Shown piece after piece: positions 54,011 through 64,000 of a stretch of 64,000 bases of DNA (position 1 is the stretch's first letter; the number at the start of each line of letters is the position of its first letter). Position numbers and translations under genes: made by a program. Source of the DNA: Octopus vulgaris (Eukaryota). The stretch covers positions 75,578,001-75,642,000 of the forward strand of contig OX597815.1 in NCBI GenBank assembly GCA_951406725.2, written 5' to 3'. The notes beneath the pieces are model-generated. The model saw nothing but the letters and a program-made list of their open reading frames with translations. It had not been told where the DNA came from and did no database searches.

Positions 54011-56332
54011 GTGATAATTCTACACTTTTGCATGCTTAACCATTGATATACAGAAGTATATGCTACATTCCTATTCCTTAGTATGACTTTCCGAAACACA
54101 AGTATTCTACCAACCATTGAAATTTTTTATATTTTGTAACCAGAGTTTAGTTTTAATAAATTTTCATGGACAGACTATCAGTTGGCAAAAGCGGCACAGT
54201 ACATTCTACGTTCGAACAGCATCAAATTTAATCTTATTTTTTATTCCACTAGATTTGATAAAGAATACTTACTAGCCGTAAACGGGGTTGATTCAATCGC
54301 CTATTCCCCATTTCATTTATTTAAAAATGTGTTTTGTTCCTATTTATATATTAGCTTATATTTCAATCAGTTTTATACTTATATTATTTGTTTAATATAA
54401 AAATAGATCTTTATAAATATATGATATTTATATATGGAATAATGTTCGAGTTAATCTTATTGCAATGGTCAGAATACTCATTTTAGTATGTTCACATTTA
54501 ACCTACCTCACAACTGAAGCCTTCTCATTCTTGACGGAATGCGCGAGCATCATAAAAATAAGTTTTAAAAAATACTTTCTAAAGCTTCCCTGGTTGTCAT
54601 AATATAATATTCATATTTAGCTCTTAATATCGTATTTATACAATTCTGTCTTGCTCCAGTTATAATTTTGTTTTAGATTTTTGCCATTTATTTATTTATT
54701 TTTTAAAATATAAAAGTTGTGTTTCTTTCAACAAACAATGTAAAATGTTAATTTGGTCGTAAAACACAAAAATATTTCTGTTGAATTTAATATAGAGGAA
54801 AATAAATTTTAAAACAAAAGAGAGAAGAAAAAATATTTGCATGAAACATTATACTTAAATATGATCAGGCCTTAAGAAACTGGAGTGAATAAAGAATGGA
54901 AAATATTTTAAGATTGGTAGACAAGGAGAGAAAAAAACGAAATATGATTGATTGTGGTTTTCAATAATTTCTAGAATATTGTAATAGTTTTCGTGGGGAT
55001 GTCAAAAGAAGGCGGTAAAAAAAAATAGCATGACGTTCAGATGAGTTGGATAAAAAAATGTTTTGCTTGAAATAAAAAGTAGATAATTAGAAAGCAGAAA
55101 CAACTGATTGGTTAATATATCCAAATAGAGAAAGATAAGAAAATATTTCCTTTCTTTGTCACATTTAAAAAATGCATCGAAAAAAAACATAGAAGTAAGT
55201 AAAATGTGTTTCAAAAGCAATATTTCTTTGAAATATAAACCGTGGATCCGATTACTGAACCAGTAATAAATCGCTTAAATTTGTGTTTCTGCAGGGTAAA
55301 TACCTGTAATGTACTAGGCCGATTAATTTCGATTCACACCGAAAATAAAATGTCTTTCAGCAAAAAATTTTAAGTAATTTTCCTCCTTGGCATAAGTGAT
55401 AACCATCATTTTCAGTTGATAAAGGCTAAACTAAGTAATGTGTCATGCATTCCAACAAAATAACAGATACTTCATGAGAAAAATTAGTAAATGAAACACT
55501 TCATATTAAACTTGGATGAATAAGTCAACTCTTCTCACATGAAATATATTATTTTTTTAAGTTACCAACTTATATAATGGCAGTTGCTACATTGAAGATG
55601 TCAGAAATTTAATGGCATAAAGGCTTGGAAGGAATTAACAAATGTAATTTCTATCAAACGATTCAGGAGATAGAATTATAGTTTAGTGACACAAACTGAT
55701 TTATATACTCAGCTAGTGAAAACCCCTATGGTAAAACGAGAAAACCTCGATAAGGAACATCAAGCCTAAGTAACACATGAAATATAAATTGAAAATGCAC
55801 TTGAATTAAAACAAAATGGTGGAAATATCCATCAAATACATTATTAAACAGAACTCCCTGCACATCAAACCAATTACAAACTTTATGTTCAATATACTCT
55901 TGAATAATTACATACAGGTAGGATTTCATGCTTAATTTATGAAACTGACGTTACTATAACATACACATATTGTATAACTTTATCGTCTGCATTGGGATGC
56001 AAAGTAAAATTAATCCTAGTGTTAATTAAATTCAGTATTCACGAGGTGTCATGTCCAGTGGTGACATCACAAATGAAGGTGATAAATTTAATGTAACAAC
56101 ACAGGTGCAATAAGTGAAATCCAACATAATCAAAACATCAAAGGTAGTTAAAGTAATTCAGCTAACGCAGGTAAAATCATTTTCTTTTTGGATGTACCCT
56201 TAAAGAAGACTTGTTACATCTGCGATATGGATACCACTTGGAAGGAATATAATCCTTAAAACAGAAACAGATTAACTTTAAATATCACAAACAAATCAGC
56301 ATAGGTAATGTAAGAATACAATTGCACAAATA

Positions 56333-56968
56333 TTGAGAGGAACATCACTGAAGCAAGTAGAGATGTTTAAGCACCTCGGAGCCGTGTTCATGTGTGATGG
56401 CTGGAGGCTAAATTAGATGCTAGAATTGAAAGTGCTGTCACAGTAGCGCGCCAGATCCAGCACTCAATCCTCAGATGACCAGAAGTTGTCAAGACAGCCA
56501 AACTTCCTATCTTCAGTTCGGTTTCCGTGCCTATTTTAACCTATGTTAAAAGAGTATGATCAAAAGAGTATGGTCACGAATATAACAGTTGAAATAGGAT
56601 TGCTATGGAGAGTCTCGAAAGCAACGTTACTTGACAATGTGTGAATCTCGGAGGTTGAGAAATCTCTCCAGATCGAGCTGTTACTTCACCGCAATGAGAC
56701 GTCATAGCTTCGGTTCTATGGATATGTGATTAGAATGTCGTAGGAAAGAATCGTAAAACAGCTCTTTCAAACCGAGCCAACCGGCAGGAGATCTAGGGGT
56801 AGACGACGAGTGAAATGGGTAGATTATATCCATCGTCTCACTTGGTCACGCTTGGGAAAGTGTAACGACCATTGTTTCTGATTAGACCCTATGAATGAGG
56901 TGCGTGAGGACTCTACACCCACGACCCTCCGAGGAACAGAAAGCGGAGAAGATGGAAGAATGGATGGA
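56333..56968 (+). mobile_element. RTE-clade (Rex3/Expander-like) LINE 3' fragment
   Basis: LKQVEMFKHLGAVFMCDG, AKLPIFSSVSVPILTY, LRFYGYVIRM, PTGRRSRGRRRVKWVDYIHRLTWSRLG. Tail AAGCGGAGAAGATGG..ATGGATGGA. Confidence 0.88.
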
Positions 56969-57119
56969 ATTCCACAAATAACAGTGCACTCTGACATTCA
57001 CTTGTGCGGGTTATTAAAGAGTATGCTTTTACCATTAGTTTCCAGAATATCTGGTGCTAACAGAACAATAAGCACAAAATATATAGAAAATGTGTGTGTG
57101 TGTTGTGTTTGTGTGCGTG

Positions 57120-57162
<43 letters not shown>

Positions 57163-57211
57163 ACACATATGCGCGTGTACATATACATGCATGTGTGCGT
57201 GTGTGTGTATA

Positions 57212-57355
57212 CACGACTGAATTCTTTAGAATTCCGTCTATAAAATTCACTCACAAGGCTTTTGTTGGCCCGAGGCTATGGTAGAAGACACTTGCCCAGG
57301 CTAACAAGCTGTGAGACTGAACTTGGGACCTTGAAGTTGAGAAGCAAACTTCTTA
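57212..57355 (-). mobile_element. SINE family A head fragment
   Basis: ATTCACTCACAAGGCTTT..GGCCCGAGGCTAT.GTAGAAGACACTTGCCCA. Confidence 0.8.
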
Positions 57356-57466
57356 TACACATTACATTTACATACACACACACACACACATATATATTTA
57401 TATGTATATTCATATATGTGCATATATGTATAAATATATAGGCACATATGTACACACACACACACG

Positions 57467-57555
<89 letters not shown>

Positions 57556-57676
57556 GGCTTCCTCGCTTAGCCAGCGGGGTGGCGTCATTTGAAGGCTAAA
57601 ACAATGCGAAGCGCATTGTGATCAGCGATGTGTAGCAACATCTGATAGCCTGGTCGGTCACGGTGATCACGGTGAT
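57556..57676 (+). mobile_element. SINE family C 3' part
   Basis: Aligns with 24405-24526. Confidence 0.85.
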
Positions 57677-58195
57677 ATATATATATGTACATGTATATAT
57701 GAACACATATGCACACGCATATATGTGTGTATGTGTATACGTAGATATCGTTGCTATTGTGCAAATGTGCCGTAAGTCCAAAACGTTTCTTTCTCCGAAA
57801 ACACTATTCCACTTCTTGTTACATTAGCAACAGTTTCAGCTTAATAATACGTTGTTGGGTGCATAAAATCATAACTCCTTGCATGTATGATATTTTCAGT
57901 CAGATATAGTTTTGCAAATCTGTCGTATGTGGGGCTTACTACACTTTTGAAAAATACTAAACCATTGAACAATTTTCATATCTTGGCATCTGAAACAGCT
58001 GAAGATACGATGGTTTGACCAAAAGAACCGGCTATTACAAGCAAAACTGAATATTGAAAAATATTGTATTTGGCCAAAATTGGACATACGACAGTTTAAT
58101 ATAATAGCAGCGATATGCATAAAGAGAGTGACACACATACATACAAACAGACATTTTATACACACGTATGTATATATATATGTGTGTGTGTGTGG

Positions 58196-58255
<60 letters not shown>

Positions 58256-58608
58256 TATTAGCGAAGGTTCAGCTTTCAGTATATTTTACTATATCACTCT
58301 AATCCATTGTATCTATTTCTTTTCTCATGTACTCCCTTCACGTGTGTGGATGATAGGTTCGCGCCTGCGTCTGTGCCTCTGCGTATTAGTGAGAATGTAT
58401 ACATGCCTGTATTACGCAAACTTCCAAACTGTGTCGTTTATTATTGTATCCTTCCTTAAAATAATGATGTAGAGAAAAATAATACTAACGGTAAATAATA
58501 AGCTTAAATAACTGAGTAAATAATAACAATAATACATTCCAATAAAGTTTCACAGGCTGGATTACTTGTGCCAAAATTTGAAACCAATAATTTTGGTTTC
58601 TGATTAAA

Positions 58609-59460
58609 GCACAAGGCTAACAATTTTGAGAATTAGCAGTTAGTCGATTACATCGACTCCAGTATTTGAGTGGTACTTTATTTTATCTATACTGAAAAGA
58701 TGAAAAGCAAAGTTAACCTCGACTGGATTGAAATCATAACGTAAAAATTCGGACGAAATACCGCAAGGCATTTTTCCAATGTTCAGGTGATTTTGCCAAC
58801 TCGCCGCTTTAATGCTATATAATCGTTTCAATTTAGGCACATGGCCAGCAGTTTCGAGATAATGGTTTGTCGATTACATTGTACTTACTTTATCGACCCT
58901 GTAAAATTAAAGGCAGAATTAACCTTGATGGGATTCGAAATCAACACGTAAAGGGCCACATAAAGTATATAAGCAAGGTTTTTTGTTCGACGATCTAACT
59001 ATTCGTCCTATCCACCACCGATCTTATAATTCTTTCTTATATAGGTACGAGACCTGCAATTTTGAGGGAAGGGAATTTGTCGATATCAGTGGCCAAAATA
59101 CTTGACTAATACTTAATTTCATAGACACCGAAAAGAGGAAAGACAATGTTGACAATGGCAAGATTTGAACTCAGAAGCTAAAGAGTCGGAAGAAATACCG
59201 CAAGGTATTTTGTCCGATGCTCTTAATATTCTGTTAATCCACCACTTTTATGACTTCTAAACTAGACACTTGGTTTTCAATTAGTAGGAGAGAATAGTTG
59301 ATTAAATGAGCTCCAGTATTTAGCTTGTACTAATTTTAACGACTCTGAAACGCGAAATACAATGTTGATTTCGGCTGAAATTGAACTTAGCACGTAAAAG
59401 TAACTTACAAATTATGCAAGGCATTTTGTCCTTTGCGCTATCGATTGCGTCAACCCACCA
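58609..59460 (-). mobile_element. Four head-to-tail degraded SINE family B copies
   Basis: Units at about 58609-58810, 58835-59020, 59043-59245 and 59265-59460. Each has GTCGAT/GTTGAT, TTGAACT/TTGAAAT-like and GCAAGG.ATTTT landmarks in the same order. Confidence 0.75.
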
Positions 59461-60286
59461 ACCAAATGTAAGAAACTGGTTTTCATCTATTGTGTGAAAT
59501 ATTAAGAGACAGCGACGAATGTGGGAATAGGGTTGGAATTAAATCAATATTGGAAAATTGTACGTGAATGCTTGAAAGCAAACATGCACTGACAATCTAA
59601 ATGCTATGAAAATTGACACCATAAATGAATAGATTCAAATATCTAACACTAAAAACAGAAAGCAATCTCTTTCAGATATGAATGTGAGCGACGACATTGG
59701 TAAAGAAAAAATACTAACCTCATTGACTGACTTGAACGAATCAAACTTAACGTTTATCATGAATAAATAAACAGTGAAAGCATTTATTTTTTTAATTTAC
59801 TAATCGATTTTGTATTATTTGTTTAATAGTTGTGTTTGATTTTTACCAGAAAAATTGTGAACAATTTTTGTCCAGCTGATTGAAAACTATAATTAATTGT
59901 AATGAATTTCTACGTGAATTCATAGAGAAAAATAGAGAGAATTTTAAAAATAGTAAAAGTATAAATGATTTGAGAAATTCATAGGGGATAAACAAAAATG
60001 TATAGAAAACAAATTGAGTTTTCTTGAAGTAGAAATAGAAGATAAATCGAACGCCACGTTGTTCTTAATAAATTATGAGGCGTCCAGCGAAACTAATAAA
60101 TTTGCTAATTCATATATATACATACATATACACACATACATATGTGTATGTATGTAAGTTTGTGAATAAAATTTTGCTAATTTTATATATATATATATAT
60201 ATATATGCAGATAGATAGATCAACATTGATCAATTTCTATCTATAAATATGCAAGTATATGTACACATGTGTGTGGGTGTGGGTGT

Positions 60287-60323
<37 letters not shown>

Positions 60324-60666
60324 TGTGTCTGTGAGTGTGTGTGTGTGTGTGTCTGTGTCTGTGTCTGTGTGTGTGTGTACGACTGTATATGTGGTTCAGA
60401 GTCAGTGTCTGTACTACCGTATGTGCGCAGAAATATTTATTGCCACAATATTGCCCCATCAACTCCCTCGGGTAAGTTACGATGGTGTTATTTATTAGAA
60501 ATCGTTTTAAATTTTCTTAAAACAGAAGCGCGTGCATCTTTTGCACACACATACATATATACATACATACATACATACATACATACATACATACATACAT
60601 ACATACATACATACATACATGTACGCAGATATCTTTAAGTGCTTGACAAACTCATATTCAGCGCTT

Positions 60667-60705
<39 letters not shown>

Positions 60706-61262
60706 CGAAAAAGCAATACATGCGTGCACCTACTCGCAACATGTCGCTATACACTCAAATGTGAACATGTACTCGCTCCAGGATTATTTCACCATAAAAT
60801 AATTGTCCCCATGTTAAATGTTAAAGTAGATGTGACTGGAACACATCATGGTGCTGCAAACTAGTTGACTTAATAAAATGCTAACTGAAAGTTGTTCTGA
60901 GTTTTCGTACGTTATATAAACTTGCGATAATAAAATAATCAGATATGCATATTTTGGGAAATTCCGTAGAATTTCTGATTTTCCACATTTACTCAGGAAC
61001 AGTTCAGATCACCCCACATTTAATTCCTGCTGATGAATTCGTGTCTGCAAGTTTGAGTATGTCGGACAGTTTGCAAGACGTGTCCTTATAAATACATACA
61101 TATGTTATAAGACGTGTCCATGTAGATACATACATATATACATACATGTGTATATATGTACAAATGTATGTATGCATGTCAGTGTGTGTGGAGAGAGAGA
61201 GAGAGAGAGAGAGAGTGAGAGAAAGATACATGTACATACGTGTGTGTTTATATCTATACGTT

Positions 61263-61304
<42 letters not shown>

Positions 61305-61357
61305 AATATATATACATACATACATACATATATATACATATATACATACATACATAT

Positions 61358-61394
<37 letters not shown>

Positions 61395-61450
61395 TATATA
61401 CCTATATATATATATATATATATATGCATATACATACATATATATGCATA

Positions 61451-61484
<34 letters not shown>

Positions 61485-61531
61485 CATATATATATATACA
61501 TATATATGTGTAAAATATATATGATATATAT

Positions 61532-62014
61532 ATAATGGACTGAACTGAACCGTAATTAATCTGCACATCCTCTGATAGCTCACAGATGATGTTCGACAAT
61601 TTCCCCCTCACAGCTGCACGCACATCTGCAATGTTTTTCTCAGTTCTGCTGGTTGCGGGTCTTCCATAACGGTGATCAATATCGACATTTTTTCGACATT
61701 CTTGGAAACGTCTGAAACACTCGTACACTTGTGTGCGGCCCATACACTCATCTCTATACACTTTCTGCAACTTTGCGTAGGCTTCTGAGCTGGTATCTCC
61801 ATGACAACTTTCTCTGTCATGGTCATTGCCACTATCACATGCTATACACCTTCCTTCCGAGCACAGCTGTAAACATCAGAAGTGAGCTAGAACGTTAAAA
61901 CTTAGTGCGCATGCAAAGTAGAGCTCAAGGTCAATCTTTGCCAAGAAGCTTTACTCTACGTGATTTAGCTTCATTGCTATGGCAACAGTCCGGATACTTA
62001 TTGATCAGATCTCG
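61532..62014 (-). mobile_element. Mariner transposon 5' remnant (TIR plus N-terminal HTH of transposase, pseudogenised)
   Basis: TIR-like CGAGATCTGATCAATAAGTATCCGGACT. Peptide LQKVYRDECMGRTQVYECFRRFQECRKNVDIDHRYGRPATSRTEKNIADVRAAVR...[17 protein letters not shown]. Confidence 0.9.
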
Positions 62015-62083
62015 TGTGTGTGTGTTTATATATATATACATTACATAGATATGTACAACACATAAATATATATATATATTTAT

Positions 62084-62170
<87 letters not shown>

Positions 62171-62805
62171 GAGAGAGGGAGAGAGGAGAGAAAGAGAGAG
62201 AGTAAGTGAGAGAGAGAAGCAGAATTTATTAGTTACGCTGGACATCTCATAATTTATTAAGGACAATATAGCATTTGATTTATCTTCTGTTTCCACTTGA
62301 AAAAAATTGAATTATTTTCATTATTTTATAACTATTTTTGTTTATTTCCTTGATCTTTCCAATTTATTTATAGTTTTATATTTTAAAAATCCTCCTTATT
62401 TTTCTCAATGATTTTACACAGAATTCATTACAATTTATTATGGTTTTCAATCAGCCGTTATAAAAGTTCTCTCTATTTTGTAGTGAAACCAACCACAACT
62501 CCCACCGTCTATTAAAAAAAGTAAACCAAAATAATTACAAAAGCATCGAAAATATCCCGCAATCATTTTATTTTGTTTCTTACGTAAAACAATAAATACA
62601 CACACACACACACATATATATACATATTTATATTTATATATACATACATGTATGTATGTATGTATGTATGTATGTATGTATGTATCAAACTATACACTAG
62701 AATAGCAAATACATTATTAAAAACCAATCAAAATTTTAACGTAAAAAGATATATATATTTGCATGTTAAATGGACCTCTCGATAACCGTTTGTATCTAGT
62801 ACATA

Positions 62806-62963
62806 CAAGGCCGGCTCCAGGTACCGGCAACTCGGGCAGTCGCCCGGGATGCTATGTACTACGGGGGCACCAAGGAGGGCGAGACAAAGACAAGAAATTT
62901 TCCAGCTTGTACATGCCGAAGTTCAGCTTGCCCAGGGCGCCAGCAACCCTAGGGCCGGTCCTG
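62806..62963. mobile_element. hAT-type MITE with 8-bp TSD
   Basis: TIRs CAAGGCCGGCTCCAG and reverse-complement CAGGACCGGCCCTAG. TSD AGTACATA at 62798-62805 and 62964-62971. Confidence 0.85.
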
Positions 62964-63171
62964 AGTACATACAAGGTGATTGAGAATATACAGTAAATCC
63001 ACTGTAATGCTATCCATGTTTTCATAATAATATCAGTATTTTTAACTCACCTGATTTTTTAAATAAAATGTTCATAGTCTCATCTTCTGTTGATCTTATG
63101 CATGCATGTATGTATGTAGGTATGTATATTTGTATGAATGATAGTATACATGCATAAATATATAACCTGTT

Positions 63172-63215
63172 ACAATGACTTCGAAGTTTCGCATCAGTTG
63201 TCTTCATCAGATCGT
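63172..63215 (-). ncRNA. Minimal type I hammerhead ribozyme motif
   Basis: Minus strand ACGAT-CTGATGA-AGACAACTGATGC-GAAA-CTTCGAA-GTC-ATTGT. Intact core, 5-bp stem I, palindromic stem III, GUC site. Stem II is weak. Confidence 0.75.
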
Positions 63216-63249
63216 TGTGTGACTGTTTATTATGTGTCTGTGTGTCTCA

Positions 63250-63518
63250 AACATACTATATATGCCCGTAGAAAATACAGTTCTATATTTAAGACTTGAG
63301 GAATTATATACATTATTTACATTTGACGGATATTTTTCCTCAACTTGTTTGTTGTTTGGTGTCTTGGGGATGTACCCTCCAGCCTTCATCAGGTGTGTTG
63401 GGGAAAGGTATTTTTCGATGTTATTATTACAGTTATTATTGAGGAATCGAACTCGGAATCTTGGGGTTAGTAGCCTACGCCAGATACTCGTGGGCAATTA
63501 TGGAGTGAATTTTAGGGC
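63250..63518 (-). mobile_element. Penelope-like element 3' pseudo-LTR with decayed HHR (about 63350-63400)
   Basis: Minus strand AACACAC-CTGATGA-AGGCTGGAGGGTACATC...AAATATCCGTCAAATGTAAA is homologous to the + strand copy at 63914-64000. The GAAAC half is lost. Confidence 0.8.
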
Positions 63519-63917
63519 TTATAAATCTAATATTTTCCTATCCTTCCTTGATACCGGTTCTCATATGCTACTCATATCTGCATTTGGTCTGCTTAGGAGG
63601 TTGTTGTGTCTTAGCATATGTGCTGCTTCTTTTAGTTTTCGTATTTCCAGTGTCTATTATTTTAACTTCATCCCACAGGGGAAGGTGGTCTCCATTTATC
63701 CATAAATGATCAGCTACACCCGATTTATCAATATCTCCTCGTGTCACAGCTTTGCGATGTTCGTCTTCCGTTATTTTGAGGGGGCGGCATATTTTGCCTT
63801 TGTATAACCTACCACAGCTGCATGGGATGGAGTTCACGCTGTCTTTGATCATATTCTCTTCTATTGGTGGTTTTACTCGAAGGAGATATTTGCGAAGTGT
63901 TGTATTACTCTTGAATA
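63519..63917 (-). pseudogene. Penelope-like element GIY-YIG endonuclease remnant
   Basis: VFKSNTTLRKYLLRVKPP..SVNSIPCSCGRLYKGKICRPLKITEDEHRKAV..DKSGVADHLW..PLWDEVKIID / RKLKEAAHML..LLSRP (compare VY.IPC.CG..YIGETGR.L..R..EH). Frameshifted, with catalytic residues eroded. Confidence 0.92.
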
Positions 63918-63959
63918 CCTGATGAAGGCTGGACGGTATATCAGCCGAAACGTTGTGTT
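63914..63959 (+). ncRNA. Minimal type I hammerhead ribozyme in an inverted PLE pseudo-LTR (which runs past the window end)
   Basis: AATAC-CTGATGA-A-GGCTGG(ACGGTATA)TCAGCC-GAAA-CGTT-GTGTT. Intact core, 6-bp stem II, palindromic AACGTT stem III, 5-bp stem I. Confidence 0.85.
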
Positions 63960-64000
63960 AACAATAAACAAGATGAGGTAAAATATCCGTCAAATGTAAA

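Noticed and set aside
57762-58098. Possible non-autonomous DNA transposon with TG(C/T)CGTA(A/T)GTCCAA inverted ends
   Set aside because: The inverted match is short and no TSD could be defined.

Overview
This is very AT-rich eukaryotic non-genic DNA (intergenic or intronic), saturated with microsatellites. The SINE families look like those of Octopus, but that is recognition only and was not searched. No host protein-coding exon can be supported, and nearly all of the ORF track is microsatellite translation. The window is a transposon graveyard. It holds four tRNA-derived SINE families (my labels A-D), RTE-clade LINE remnants, three R4/Dong-like restriction-like-endonuclease LINE fragments sitting in (TATG)n tracts, a mariner remnant, mariner/Tigger/hAT MITEs, and a Penelope-like element (PLE) GIY-YIG remnant. 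The most interesting signal is a set of about eight minimal type I hammerhead ribozyme (HHR) motifs from several unrelated short repeat families. Each has a self-complementary stem III. One carries a compensated U3-A8 core. Several lie in long fold-back palindromes inserted in (TA)n tracts. Other notable items are apparent (TACA)n targeting by the R4/Dong-like LINE, a perfect 44-bp locally templated insertion in an older SINE, and four head-to-tail SINE copies with a divergence gradient. Boundaries of degraded elements are approximate.
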